Shown here: piece after piece, positions 9,165 through 19,557 of the stretch | Numbering within the stretch: the first letter of the stretch is position 1 | Layout: each line of letters opens with the position of its first letter | Assembly: GCA_964568845.1 (NCBI GenBank) | Contig: CAZMSC010000002.1 | Span: 3,283 to 67,282, forward strand | Source: an uncultured Candidatus Bathyarchaeia archaeon | GTDB taxonomy: Archaea; Thermoproteota; CALKCG01; B24 | DNA: 64,000 bases | Direction of reading: 5' to 3' | Made by a program: the position numbers and the translations under genes | The notes under the pieces: model-generated | What the model saw: the letters and a program-made list of their open reading frames with translations, nothing else | The model's database searches: none | What the model was told of the DNA's origin: nothing

Positions 9165-9677
9165 CTATTCTTCTACTTTCAAAGATTTAAGCCCTCTTGA
9201 CATAGCTACGACCCCTGTTCTAGCAAACTCTTTAATACCATATGGTTTTACTAGCTCTACAAAGGCATCTATTTTCGTGGGCGAACCTGTTATTTCAATT
9301 ATCATGGAGTCTCTAGATACGTCAACTATTCTACCTCTAAATATGGTGGCGTAGTTTACAACATCGCTTTTGGCTTTAGAATCGGCTGTGTAAATTTTTA
9401 CAAGGGCGAGCTCCCTAACAACGCTTCTACCTAGTTCAAGCCTACTAACTTTTATAACGTCTACGAGCTTTTGAAGTTGTTTTACGACTTGTTCAACCGT
9501 AGCTTCATCGCCTTGAATGGTTATAGTCATTCTCGCGATATCTCTAGTTTCACACGCACCCACAGTTATACTCTCTATGTTGAAATTCCTCTTTCTAAAC
9601 ATGTTTGAAACCTTATGTAGGACTCCCGGCTTATGTTCAACAAGAGCTGCCAAAATATACTCTCCCATACTCACCAC
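9165..9677 (-). CDS. ilvN: acetolactate synthase small (regulatory) subunit
   Basis: ACT-domain N-terminus (LVEHKPGVLHKVSNMFRKRNFNIESITVG). Lies immediately downstream of ilvB. Confidence 0.9.
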   Translation of the reverse strand: MVSMGEYILAALVEHKPGVLHKVSNMFRKRNFNIESITVGACETRDIARMTITIQGDEATVEQVVKQLQKLVDVIKVSRLELGRSVVRELALVKIYTADSKAKSDVVNYATIFRGRIVDVSRDSMIIEITGSPTKIDAFVELVKPYGIKEFARTGVVAMSRGLKSLKVEE

Positions 9678-9680
9678 CCT

Positions 9681-11354
9681 TTAATAGATCATATCCTTTA
9701 AACTCTTACCAGGAGGGACAATCGGTAAAACATCCTCCTCCCTAGGTATTGGGACATCTATCACAACAGTCACATCCGATTTTACAGCTTCATGTAAAAC
9801 TTGCTCAAGCTCGTTCAGAGAATTTACTCTAACACCTCTAGCTCCAAAAGCTTCAGCAAGTTTAGCAAAATCAGGCACACCCTTTAAGTCCGTGTGGGAG
9901 TACCTTCTTCCAAAGAAGAGCCTCTGCCATTGAGCGACCATGCCTAAGCTTGAGTTATTAAGAATCATAACTGTAACTGGTATGTCTTCAACGACGCTTG
10001 TAGCCAAATCCTGTTCAGTCATTAGAAAACTTCCGTCACCAGCAATATCTACAACGGGTACATCCGGCATTGCTACTTTAGCGCCTAAGGACGCTGGGAA
10101 GCCGAAGCCCATGGTTCCCAAACCACCTGATGAGATGAAAGTTCCAGTCTTCAAAACTCTAAAATGTAGTGAAGCCCACATCTGATTCTGCCCAACCTCC
10201 GTAGCTACTATGGCGTTTTCAGGTAAGACCTTACGTAGAAGCTTAATAGCGTTTACGGCTGTAAGCTCCTTACTTGGCTCTGAATCTTCACACTCCTTCT
10301 TAAACATTCCGATACGCTTAATCCACTCAGACCTCTCCCCCTTAAAACTTCTCCTGATCAGCTCATCTATTATGGCTTTAAGAGCCATCCTAGCGTCTGC
10401 AACTATAGGCAGATGCACTGGGACATTCTTCCTGATTTCGGAGGGGTCTATGTCTATATGTATTATCTTAGCATCATGGCAAAACTCATCAACCTTACCA
10501 GTGCTTCTATCTGAAAACCTAACACCCACCGCTAGAATAGCATCAGCGGCCATTATAGACTTATTGGCTTCAATTCTACCGTGCATACCTATACAGCCCA
10601 ACGCCAACGGATGATTTTCAGGTATCACGCCTTTACCCATGAAAGTCGTTGCTATAGGAGCCATCAGCAATTCGGCTAAGGTCAGTAGTTCCCCGTAGGC
10701 TTTAGACCAGTGTACTCCTCCACCGGCGAGTATTATGGGCCGTTCACTGCTCACCAATATGTCTACAGCCTTCTTAACCTGGAGGGGATGGGGCTCAATA
10801 TTAGGCTTATAACCTCTTATATCAATCTTAACATTAAAATCAACTTCAGCTACACCAGTCTGCATATCCCTAGGTACATCTATCAAGACTGGCCCAGGCC
10901 TACCAGTTGATGCTATGTAGAATGCCTCCTTGACAATCCTAGGTATGTCCTCCACCCTTCTAACTTGGTAATTATACTTAGTTATAGGTGTAGTTATGCC
11001 GATTATGTCGGTTTCTTGGAACGCGTCCTTACCTATAAGATGCGTAGCAACTTGACCAGTTATCGCTATAACGGGGCTTGAATCCATATAGGCATTGGCA
11101 ATACCAGTGACAAGGTTCGTGGCTCCAGGTCCGGAAGTAGCCATACATACGCCAGGTCCACGTGTGGCTCTTGCATACCCATCTGCTGCGTGAGCTGCAC
11201 ACTGCTCATGACGCATGAGAATATGCCTTATCTCCTTCTCATCGTATAACACGTCGTATACGGGCATTATGGCTCCTCCAGGTATTCCGAAAATTACTTT
11301 AACCCCCTCCTTCTTCAAAGACTCCACCAATACTTGACTCCCACTCATCTTCAA
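9681..11354 (-). CDS. ilvB: acetolactate synthase large subunit (ThDP-dependent)
   Basis: GIPGGAIMPVYD, and the ThDP motif GDGSFLMTEQDLAT..NN. 557 aa. The start overlaps the leuA stop by 4 nt. Confidence 0.95.
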   Translation of the reverse strand: MKMSGSQVLVESLKKEGVKVIFGIPGGAIMPVYDVLYDEKEIRHILMRHEQCAAHAADGYARATRGPGVCMATSGPGATNLVTGIANAYMDSSPVIAITGQVATHLIGKDAFQETDIIGITTPITKYNYQVRRVEDIPRIVKEAFYIASTGRPGPVLIDVPRDMQTGVAEVDFNVKIDIRGYKPNIEPHPLQVKKAVDILVSSERPIILAGGGVHWSKAYGELLTLAELLMAPIATTFMGKGVIPENHPLALGCIGMHGRIEANKSIMAADAILAVGVRFSDRSTGKVDEFCHDAKIIHIDIDPSEIRKNVPVHLPIVADARMALKAIIDELIRRSFKGERSEWIKRIGMFKKECEDSEPSKELTAVNAIKLLRKVLPENAIVATEVGQNQMWASLHFRVLKTGTFISSGGLGTMGFGFPASLGAKVAMPDVPVVDIAGDGSFLMTEQDLATSVVEDIPVTVMILNNSSLGMVAQWQRLFFGRRYSHTDLKGVPDFAKLAEAFGARGVRVNSLNELEQVLHEAVKSDVTVVIDVPIPREEDVLPIVPPGKSLKDMIY

Positions 11355-12940
11355 CTTCTACTTCCTCCTCTAATCCTCTCATAATCTACCAAAAGCGTAT
11401 TCATACCGTTTAAAACGGCTTCCACACTCGCCATAACTATATCCCCTCTAGCACCCATAGCTGTAACGACTTTAGCTCCTTTTCTAAGCCTCACTAAAAC
11501 CTCAACCACAGCATCAGTCCCCCCCGTTATAGCTTTAACATGGTATTCCTCGAGTTGGATAGGCTCTACCGCTGAAACGGCTTTCCTGATGGCGTTTATA
11601 GCAGCGTCTACAGGGCCTACACCTGTAGCAGATTCTGTCATAATTTTACCGTTTAAAGCGAGTTTAACAGAAGCCGTAGGTGTAACCCTATTGCCAGTTA
11701 CGACCGTAAGCTCTTTCAGATGTATAGGTCTGACTTTAGGTAGTCCTAGAACAGCCTCAGCTATGGCTTGAAGATCTGCGTCTGTGATCTGCTTCCCCTT
11801 ATCGCCCAAGGTTTTAACCCTTCTAAGGATTTCTGAAAGTTGTTCTTTCGTCACGGTTAAACCCATACTTCTAAGTACCGCTTCAATGCCATGTGAACCC
11901 GCATGTTTACCTGCAACTATACGTCTAGATGCACCTACGAGCTCTGGTGAAATAGGCTCATAGGTTGCCGGGTTCGATAAGACGCCATGCGTATGTATTC
12001 CGGATTCATGGGTAAATGCATTATCACCTACTATAGCCTTGTTTGGTTGGAGAAATATGCCTGTGAGCCTTGAAACAAGCCTGGACGTTTCATATATTAG
12101 CTCCATACGGATATTAAGCTTGCAACCATATAGGACGTTTAAAGATACCGCTAGCTCCTCTAAAGCGGCATTTCCCGCTCTCTCCCCCAGACCATTCACT
12201 GTAACATGGGCTTCCTGAGCGCCGCTTTTAAGAGCAGCTATTGAATTTGAAACGGCTAATCCAAAATCGTTGTGACAGTGGATGGCTAAGGGCGCCTTCA
12301 AATTCGCTGAAACTCTGCGGACGACTTCACCCGTCTTCTCAACAGTTAAAACCCCCACTGTATCACATAGACATACCCTATCTGCTCCGCACTCTACCGC
12401 TTTAGTGAAGACTTTCTCAAGAAAATCTAAATCGCTTCTACTTCCATCTTCTGCGAGAAATTCTACAGTTAATCCCCTACTTTTAGCATAAGTTACACAT
12501 TCTTCGGTGCTTCTTAAAATGTAATCTCTATCCTTTTTGAGCTTGTAGGTTATATGTAAGTCTGAAGTCGGTAGAGTTAAAGTTATGCCGTCTGCACCAG
12601 CATCCGCGGCGGAATCTATATCCGATTTAACCCCTCTACTGAAGCTGTAGACTTCAGCTCTCAATCCTTGAGAGGATACAAGCTTTACCGCTTCAAACTC
12701 TCCTTGAGATGCAGCGGCGAAGCCAGCCTCTATAAAGTCTACTCCAAGCTCATCGAGTTTAACGGCTATTCTAAGTTTTTTCTCAGGGGTTAGAGATACA
12801 CCGGGTGTCTGCTCACCATCTCTTAATGTAGTGTCTAGAAGAAGTATTTTTGAAGGGAAGCCACTACAGTTTGATGATAAAGTACCACCCCATCGCGTCA
12901 CCTCTAAGGGAACACAAGCCTTTAATAGGCTTACCTCCAA
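11351..12940 (-). CDS. leuA: 2-isopropylmalate synthase / (R)-citramalate synthase
   Basis: LDTTLRDGEQTPGV, HCHNDFGLAVSNS, and a C-terminal LeuA-dimer-type regulatory domain. The exact start is uncertain (TTG at 12938-12940 or an internal GTG). I cannot resolve LeuA versus CimA specificity. Confidence 0.85.
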   Translation of the reverse strand: MEVSLLKACVPLEVTRWGGTLSSNCSGFPSKILLLDTTLRDGEQTPGVSLTPEKKLRIAVKLDELGVDFIEAGFAAASQGEFEAVKLVSSQGLRAEVYSFSRGVKSDIDSAADAGADGITLTLPTSDLHITYKLKKDRDYILRSTEECVTYAKSRGLTVEFLAEDGSRSDLDFLEKVFTKAVECGADRVCLCDTVGVLTVEKTGEVVRRVSANLKAPLAIHCHNDFGLAVSNSIAALKSGAQEAHVTVNGLGERAGNAALEELAVSLNVLYGCKLNIRMELIYETSRLVSRLTGIFLQPNKAIVGDNAFTHESGIHTHGVLSNPATYEPISPELVGASRRIVAGKHAGSHGIEAVLRSMGLTVTKEQLSEILRRVKTLGDKGKQITDADLQAIAEAVLGLPKVRPIHLKELTVVTGNRVTPTASVKLALNGKIMTESATGVGPVDAAINAIRKAVSAVEPIQLEEYHVKAITGGTDAVVEVLVRLRKGAKVVTAMGARGDIVMASVEAVLNGMNTLLVDYERIRGGSRS

Positions 12941-13028
12941 TATTTAAGCTTTTGCATCGGAAAGATAGTTTATGTTAAAGCTTATAGGTTTTCCACGCAT
13001 TGAACTATTACGTGATTTGAAGTTGAAC

Positions 13029-14678
13029 ATGTTAAAGAGCAGTGAAATTAAAACTGGTTTGAATAGGGCTCATCATAGAGGGCTATTATATGCGTTAGGG
13101 GTTGATGTGGAGGATTTGGGAAAACCATTCATAGGTGTTGCAAACAGTTATACGGACATAGTTCCAGGTCATATACATCTCAGACGCTTAGTGGAAGCCG
13201 TTAAAGAAGGGGTTTGGAGGGGAGGAGGGGTTCCGTTTGAATTCAATACGATAGCTGTATGCGACGGATTGGCGATGGGCCACTTTGGCATGAAATACTC
13301 CCTCCCATCTAGAGAGCTTATAGCAAACAGTATTGAAGTTATGGTTGAAGCCCATAGATTAGATGGACTTGTGCTTTTAACAAACTGTGACAAAATAACG
13401 CCTGGAATGTTGATGGCAGCTGCTAGGCTCAACATACCGAGCATAGTTTTAACGGGTGGACCCATGGGCTCTGGAAGATGGAGAAATAGGAAGACGGGAA
13501 TACTAACAGTTGTTGAAGCGGTTGGTGAAGTGTTAGGGAAACGTTTGAGTGAAGGAGAGCTTAGAGAACTTGAAAGAATAGCCTGTCCCACATGTGGCTC
13601 ATGCAATGGGCTATTTACGGCAAATACTATGGCATGTCTATCTGAGGCGTTAGGTATCGCTTTACCATATACCGCCACCATTCCAGCATACTATTCAAGC
13701 AGGATTTCATTAGCTAGGAAAGTCGGTGAACAGATAGTTAAACTGGTTCGTGAGAATTTGACGCCGTCTAAAATTATGACTTCAAAGGCCTTTGAAAACG
13801 CTATAATGGTTGATATGGCTCTAGGTGGTTCTACAAACACCGTGCTCCACCTCCCAGCCATAGCTGAAGAACTCGGCATAGAGATATCTCTGGACATGTT
13901 TGATTATATAAGTCGTAGGGTTCCTCATTTAGCTAACCTAATAGGCTCTGGTGGGGAGATGGATATGGAGGATTTCCATAGAGCTGGAGGCGTTCCAGCG
14001 CTTATGAGCGAATTGAAGGAACTGTTGCACTTGGATGCTTTAACAGTCACGTTTAAAACAATTGGAGAAAACTTGACCGATGCTAAGGTTTTAGACTATA
14101 GAGTCATAAGACCCGTAAGTAACCCCCTGAAGACTGAAGGCGGAATAGCAGTACTTAAAGGGTCGTTAGCCCCCCAGGGTGCTGTCATCAAAGCCTCAGC
14201 TGTCTCCGAAAGGGCAAAGGTTTTCATAGGCCCTGCCGTGGTTTTCAATGGACAGGATGAAGCTTTAAAAGCCATAGAAAGCGGTGAAATAGAAAGGGGG
14301 TCAGTCATAGTGATAAGGTATGAGGGAGTAGTGGGTGGGCCAGGTATGCAGGAGATGCTTATACCAACTGCTCTAATATACGGTATGGGTTTATCGGATG
14401 ACATAGCCCTTGTAACGGATGGGCGCTTCTCAGGTGCAACAAGAGGACCATGTGTTGGACACGTATCACCTGAAGCCTATGAAGGAGGTCCCATAGCTCT
14501 AGTTGAAAATGGAGATGAAATCGAAATAAACATACCTGAAAGAGTCCTTAATTTAAACGTCGATATGGCTGTTCTTGAAAAGCGTAAGCGTAACTGGAGG
14601 AGACCGGAGAAAAAGCTGAAAGGTTTCCTAGCCGATTATGTAACCGTTAAAAGGTTTAAAGGACGAGTTGAAGACTAG
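13029..14678 (+). CDS. ilvD: dihydroxy-acid dehydratase
   Basis: MLKSSEIKTGLNRAHHRGLL, CDGLAMGH, TNCDKITPGM and VTDGRFSGAT. I prefer ATG 13029 over the track start 12972 because IlvD N-termini begin at this motif. Confidence 0.93.
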   Translation: MLKSSEIKTGLNRAHHRGLLYALGVDVEDLGKPFIGVANSYTDIVPGHIHLRRLVEAVKEGVWRGGGVPFEFNTIAVCDGLAMGHFGMKYSLPSRELIANSIEVMVEAHRLDGLVLLTNCDKITPGMLMAAARLNIPSIVLTGGPMGSGRWRNRKTGILTVVEAVGEVLGKRLSEGELRELERIACPTCGSCNGLFTANTMACLSEALGIALPYTATIPAYYSSRISLARKVGEQIVKLVRENLTPSKIMTSKAFENAIMVDMALGGSTNTVLHLPAIAEELGIEISLDMFDYISRRVPHLANLIGSGGEMDMEDFHRAGGVPALMSELKELLHLDALTVTFKTIGENLTDAKVLDYRVIRPVSNPLKTEGGIAVLKGSLAPQGAVIKASAVSERAKVFIGPAVVFNGQDEALKAIESGEIERGSVIVIRYEGVVGGPGMQEMLIPTALIYGMGLSDDIALVTDGRFSGATRGPCVGHVSPEAYEGGPIALVENGDEIEINIPERVLNLNVDMAVLEKRKRNWRRPEKKLKGFLADYVTVKRFKGRVED

Positions 14679-14689
14679 GCTGGCTTCGA

Positions 14690-15904
14690 TCATAAGCCTG
14701 TTAAAGCCCATTGAATAGCACTCCTCAAATATTTTTCTATACTTATTGGTAGCTCTGATAATCCAGATTCTAGGAATCCCCCAACGATTAAAGACACAGC
14801 CTCCTCTCTAGTAAATCCTCTAGTTTGCAAGTAGAATATTTCTTCCTCCGATATTCTGCCTATGGCGGCTTCATGTGTAAGCTCAACGTTTTTAGCTTTA
14901 GCCTTCAACTCTGGAATGGCTACTATTGAAGCGTTATCTGAGACTACTATGCCGTTACATTCTGTATGTCCTTTAACGTCGTCAACTAAAGCATCTATTC
15001 TACTTCTAGTTATGGTTTCGGAAGACCCTCCTCCAACAATCCTGGATACTATTCTACAGTTTGACCCTTTAAACTCTAAGCTAACACTTGAACCTACGTC
15101 TATCTTCGAGTCTTCAGATCCCAAAACTATGGATGTGGATACAGCCGAAGCTCTCTCTCCGATCAATCTAATGGATGGGTACGTCTGTATGGATGTTGCA
15201 GGTTTAAGAACTACGTAATTACTTATGAAACGTCCCCCCTCATCTACTAAAACCGCCGTCCTAGGTCTAACGTGTGAAGCTTTACTCCAGCTATGTATCA
15301 TGGTAAATGTAACCGTTGCGTTTCTTCCCACGTAAAACTCTGAAATTCCAACGTGAAGTCCGAAGCTTTCAGGAGCGGTTGTACAACCAGTTAATATGTG
15401 TAAATTCGAATTCTCTCTAGCAATCACTATGTTGTGGGGGGTTTGAAGACTTTTAGGGCTTCTAATCAGCAGACAGGCTTGAACTGGCTTATCGGATTTA
15501 AACCCTTTATCAGCGATTACTACATAGCCGCTTTCCTCATAGAGGGCCGCTAAGGCTGTAAACTTATCTACATCCACCGGGATAAGTCTCCAGTAAAAGT
15601 CTCTTAGGAAGTCTAATTGGTTAAGTGCCTCTCTAAGATTTAGAATAGTTAAGCCGCTTCCAAGGCTTTGACTATAGACAGCCGTCTGATCGATTTGAAC
15701 GTAGCTTCCTGGAATATTCTTCTCATCTACGCTTAAGCCTACAGATTCCATACTACTTCCCAGCTCATCGTTTAAAGCTTCAAGGTCCTTGCCGCTTAAA
15801 TTCATATACTTAGGTACGTATTCAGATACATCCAGGTCGATACCGTAGGCAGCCTTCTTACTTAAAGCTACTTCAGCCTTCTTTCTCAACTCTCCAGTCA
15901 ACAT
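14690..15904 (-). CDS. Fe-S cluster assembly scaffold protein, SufB/SufD family
   Basis: 404-aa ORF downstream of sufC with the C-terminal motif ISEEEIFYLQTRGFTREEAVSLIVGGF. I cannot assign it to SufB or SufD. Confidence 0.8.
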   Translation of the reverse strand: MLTGELRKKAEVALSKKAAYGIDLDVSEYVPKYMNLSGKDLEALNDELGSSMESVGLSVDEKNIPGSYVQIDQTAVYSQSLGSGLTILNLREALNQLDFLRDFYWRLIPVDVDKFTALAALYEESGYVVIADKGFKSDKPVQACLLIRSPKSLQTPHNIVIARENSNLHILTGCTTAPESFGLHVGISEFYVGRNATVTFTMIHSWSKASHVRPRTAVLVDEGGRFISNYVVLKPATSIQTYPSIRLIGERASAVSTSIVLGSEDSKIDVGSSVSLEFKGSNCRIVSRIVGGGSSETITRSRIDALVDDVKGHTECNGIVVSDNASIVAIPELKAKAKNVELTHEAAIGRISEEEIFYLQTRGFTREEAVSLIVGGFLESGLSELPISIEKYLRSAIQWALTGL

Positions 15905-15913
15905 CTTAAAAGG

Positions 15914-16669
15914 TTATCCCCCTCTAAACTTCTCATAACAGGATTTACACTTCTCAAAGCCGTCTCTGAAAACCCTCTTAATGACATCTTCACCCTTCCC
16001 ATAGCAGACGATTTCACCATTCAACATTATATATGCGCGTGACGGGTTGATGTATTTGGCTAAAGCACCGGTATGAGTTACTATAAGCATGGATCTTCTC
16101 GTACTTAAAAGGTCGTCATCTTCGTGGAGGAACTCATCTAGAGTCTTACCTATTACAGCCAGATTTTCGACATCTACTCCGGAGTCTGGCTCATCCAGAA
16201 GAATAAGTTTAGGCTTCTGTAAAAGTGTCAGTAAGATTTCAAACCTTTTCATCTCCCCCCCGCTAAAACCTACGTAAAGCTCTCTATTCATGAATTCTTC
16301 AAGTTTAAAGTTTGAAATAAGCTTCTTCACGTAGCTTTCATGAACGTTAAACCTTTTAGAGACTTCATCTAGAAGTCTGCTGGCTTTAAGACCCTTTATC
16401 TTGGGAGGTATCTGAAACGATGCAGCTATGCCCATTTTAACCCTCTCCTCAGGTTTAAAAGTGGTTATGTCGAAGCCTTGTGATATTATGCTACCCTTCA
16501 AAACCTTGTAGGATGGGTTTCCAAGAACAGACTGGATGAGGGAGGTTTTACCTGAACCGTTTGGTCCGAGTAAGAATACGGTCTCACCAAACCCTATCGA
16601 TAGACTTACGTTTTTTAAAACGAGTCTACCGGAAACTTCAACGTTTAAATCCTTAACTTCTAAAATCAT
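15914..16669 (-). CDS. sufC: Fe-S cluster assembly ATPase SufC
   Basis: Walker A GPNGSGKTS, ABC signature FSGGEMKR, Walker B ILLDEPDSGVD. I prefer ATG 16667-16669 (MILEVKDL) to the upstream start at 16693. Confidence 0.9.
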   Translation of the reverse strand: MILEVKDLNVEVSGRLVLKNVSLSIGFGETVFLLGPNGSGKTSLIQSVLGNPSYKVLKGSIISQGFDITTFKPEERVKMGIAASFQIPPKIKGLKASRLLDEVSKRFNVHESYVKKLISNFKLEEFMNRELYVGFSGGEMKRFEILLTLLQKPKLILLDEPDSGVDVENLAVIGKTLDEFLHEDDDLLSTRRSMLIVTHTGALAKYINPSRAYIMLNGEIVCYGKGEDVIKRVFRDGFEKCKSCYEKFRGG

Positions 16670-16699
16670 AGCTTCACATCTATTGGGCGTCACCTGGCC

Positions 16700-16707
16700 T
16701 ATTTAAC
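16700..16707 (-). promoter_or_regulatory. candidate TATA box for the sufC operon
   Basis: TATTTAAC (minus strand reads GTTAAATA), about 34 nt upstream of the sufC ATG. It forms an inverted pair with 16734-16741. Confidence 0.35.
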
Positions 16708-16733
16708 CATTACTATCTTCAGCCTGGGAGATA

Positions 16734-16741
16734 GTTAAATA
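16734..16741 (+). promoter_or_regulatory. candidate TATA box for the DegT-family aminotransferase gene
   Basis: GTTAAATA about 36 nt upstream of ATG 16774. It mirrors 16700-16707. Confidence 0.35.
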
Positions 16742-16773
16742 CTCCTTTAAGTAAACATTTTTTAGGTGTATGC

Positions 16774-18006
16774 ATGAGTAAGCTCGCCATTAATGGTGGA
16801 GAGCCTGTTAGGAGGAAACCCTTTCCAAAGTGGCCCATATTTGACGAGAAGGAGTATAAAGCTTTGAAAGAGGTTCTTGAGAGTGGAGTTTGGGGTATAG
16901 GAGGGTTAATGAAGTCCAAGTTTGAAAAGGTTTTTGCAGAATATCAACATGCAAAGTACGGTGTAGCCGTTACAAACGGTACAGCTGCACTGTTAATTTC
17001 CCTCAAAGCTTGTGGGATTGGATGTGGAGATGAAGTTATAGTACCACCCTACACCTTCATGGCTACTGTTACAGCCGTTTTAGACGTTAATGCCATACCG
17101 GTTTTTGCTGATATTGAGTCTGACACTTACACGTTAGATCCGATTAGAGTTGAAGAGCATATTTCAGAGCGGACTAAAGCCATAATACCTGTCCACATCG
17201 GTGGAAGGCCAGCTAATATGGATGAACTAACCCGCATAGCTAGAAAATACGATCTTAGAGTAATTGAAGATGCCTGCCAAGCATGGGGATCTGAATGGCG
17301 TGGTAAAAGGGTTGGCTCTATAGGGGATTTAGGAGCGTTCAGCTTCCAATCCAGTAAAAACATAACAAGTGGTGAAGGAGGCATGATAACTACAAGCGAT
17401 AGAGACCTGTATGTTAAGGCCTGGAGTCTCCATAACTGCGGTAGACTGCCTAGCGGGGAATGGTATGAGCATCATCTACCTGGTGGGAACTACAGGATGA
17501 CAGAGTTTCAAGCAGCCATACTGCTTGTACAGCTTTCTAGGTATGATGAGTACGTTAAGCTTAGGATGGATAATGCCTCCTACTTGGATAGTAAGCTTTC
17601 GAAGATCGATGGCTTAAAAACCATGAGAAGGGATGAGAGGGTTACGAGAAACGCCTACCACCTATATATTTTAAGGTATAACTCTGAAGCCTTTAACGGT
17701 TTACCTAAGGCAAGATTCGCCGAGGTTTTGAGGGCTGAAGGCATACCTTTAAGCCCAGGCTACAGTAGGCCTCTTTATAAAGAGGCCTACCTAAACTACT
17801 ACGTTAAATGTCCCCTCTCATGTCCATTCTACGGTAAGAGTATAGATTATTCAAAGGTTCATCTACCTAACGCTGAGAAAGCCTGCTATGTTGAAGGGGT
17901 ATGGCTTCCTCAATACGTCTTATTAGGCTCGAAAGAAGATATGGATGATATAGTGGCTGCTTTTGAAAAGGTCAGGGAAAATATTGGCGAAGTGAAATGC
18001 TTTTAA
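16774..18006 (+). CDS. DegT/DnrJ/EryC1/StrS family PLP-dependent sugar aminotransferase
   Basis: INGGEPVR N-terminus and FSFQSSKNITSGEGGM (PLP lysine context). 410 aa. Confidence 0.85.
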   Translation: MSKLAINGGEPVRRKPFPKWPIFDEKEYKALKEVLESGVWGIGGLMKSKFEKVFAEYQHAKYGVAVTNGTAALLISLKACGIGCGDEVIVPPYTFMATVTAVLDVNAIPVFADIESDTYTLDPIRVEEHISERTKAIIPVHIGGRPANMDELTRIARKYDLRVIEDACQAWGSEWRGKRVGSIGDLGAFSFQSSKNITSGEGGMITTSDRDLYVKAWSLHNCGRLPSGEWYEHHLPGGNYRMTEFQAAILLVQLSRYDEYVKLRMDNASYLDSKLSKIDGLKTMRRDERVTRNAYHLYILRYNSEAFNGLPKARFAEVLRAEGIPLSPGYSRPLYKEAYLNYYVKCPLSCPFYGKSIDYSKVHLPNAEKACYVEGVWLPQYVLLGSKEDMDDIVAAFEKVRENIGEVKCF

Positions 18007-18875
18007 GGTGTTAGAAAATTCAATATTGCCAGGGTTGCGTATAGGGCTTCTTCTGTTCTAACGGTTACAGAGCCCTGATGCGGAATGAAGTTTACAGCTA
18101 AATCTACGTGCTCCTTGAGATTCAACCCCTCTCTAAGTAGTATGTCCGCCAAACCCTCTCTAGGGGAGCCGAATAAGACCAAGGTGCTCGTACTGTTCCT
18201 GAGACGCGTAGCCAATTCTCCATAAACCTCGGTTATAGGCAGTCCGTATTTTGAAGTAGCGATTTTGAGAGAACCTCTATACGCGCTGAGGACGCTTCCA
18301 AGAGAACGGTTGATGTTTAAAACTCTATAACCCCAGTAGACTGAGACGTCTCTTTTAGAAGACAATTCACCAATTAGCCCATTACCTTTCTTGAAGACTC
18401 TAACTGTAACCCTTAAACCCGGTTTAAGTCTACCAGGGATCTTAACCAGTTCATTCAACCCGACGTCTATGAAGCTTGAAGAGCCATCATGAGATACTAC
18501 TAAACCCTCTCTAAATTCGCCGTCTACGATGTCTTCTACTTTTGCAACGGTTGGATGGTGTGGCGTTCTCAAAGGTGGAAGTAGCCCGGCGTATAGTAGA
18601 TTTTTCCCTATGGGGAATATTTTAACACGTAAATATTGAGGGGTCTCCATGTAAGATAGTAGGGATGATATGAGGGACGCTTCTCTCTCTTGGTCTTTTA
18701 AACCGTATAGGTCTCTGTAGATTATAACTTCTTCGACTCTAAATACTGCTAAAGCCCTACCTATAAACCCAGCTTTAATAGTCTTATCTCTTAGGTTTTT
18801 GGTTTCGCCGAAGATCGACGCTGGTAGGGCTACGGAAAGCTTAAACTCCCTCTTTAAAGGAGCGGTTATAGACAT
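18003..18875 (-). CDS. putative SPOUT-class RNA methyltransferase (DUF171 / COG2106 family)
   Basis: LSVALPASIFGETKNLRDKTIKAGFIGRALAVFRVEEVIIY, and a C-terminal GSPREGL knot-like region typical of the family. Confidence 0.6.
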   Translation of the reverse strand: MSITAPLKREFKLSVALPASIFGETKNLRDKTIKAGFIGRALAVFRVEEVIIYRDLYGLKDQEREASLISSLLSYMETPQYLRVKIFPIGKNLLYAGLLPPLRTPHHPTVAKVEDIVDGEFREGLVVSHDGSSSFIDVGLNELVKIPGRLKPGLRVTVRVFKKGNGLIGELSSKRDVSVYWGYRVLNINRSLGSVLSAYRGSLKIATSKYGLPITEVYGELATRLRNSTSTLVLFGSPREGLADILLREGLNLKEHVDLAVNFIPHQGSVTVRTEEALYATLAILNFLTP

Positions 18876-18910
18876 GGGTTCAAGTAAATCTAAGAGCTCT
18901 TACAACTTAA

Positions 18911-19522
18911 CTATTCTCTCAAGTTGAGCTTAAATTTTTCGGATTTAGGCATAATCATATATCCTTCAGATGGATCTCCAAGGGCTAAATATTTACCTAT
19001 ATGGTAGAGGTAACCTACGTAGGCCGCAGTTGCTGCATCAAGCTCATGTATCGATGAGTTGTCTCTCAATCCCTTCAAACCTAATCTGATTAAACCGTTT
19101 TTTAACCCTTCCAGGTCGTATTTAGCTCTAGGTATTCCAAGGGCATCTTGTGCTCCGCCTGGATACACTTCAATAACTTCCAAGCCAGCAGCCTCAAGCC
19201 TCATCTTAAGAGACATCCCTCTAGATGTAAGCTTCCTCATAGGGCCTAGTGTTATCGGGAAAAATCTTATGCCACTATTTAACAGAATCCTGTCGCATAC
19301 TCTTAAATGGGGCCCAGCTCGATCCTCCAGCGAAGATCGACCCTTTGGCAGAAACAACGGTGCATCTATAGCCGTTACAAAAGGCTTGTACATTAAAATG
19401 AGCTTCATGGCCTCTTCATCCGTATATATAAGTCTAGTTTCAACTACTAGGTTATCCTGTAATATGCAGAAGCCCGTCGGTCTACTCTCAACACCAGCTA
19501 AATCTAAACCTATTACAACCAC
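18911..19522 (-). CDS. DUF429 / COG2410 predicted RNase H-fold nuclease
   Basis: MVVIGLDLAG..RPTGFCIL...AIDAPL pattern. 203 aa. Confidence 0.55.
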   Translation of the reverse strand: MVVIGLDLAGVESRPTGFCILQDNLVVETRLIYTDEEAMKLILMYKPFVTAIDAPLFLPKGRSSLEDRAGPHLRVCDRILLNSGIRFFPITLGPMRKLTSRGMSLKMRLEAAGLEVIEVYPGGAQDALGIPRAKYDLEGLKNGLIRLGLKGLRDNSSIHELDAATAAYVGYLYHIGKYLALGDPSEGYMIMPKSEKFKLNLRE

Positions 19523-19557
19523 GTCTATCTAGAAAGACAGGTTGTAAAGATAAAAGT

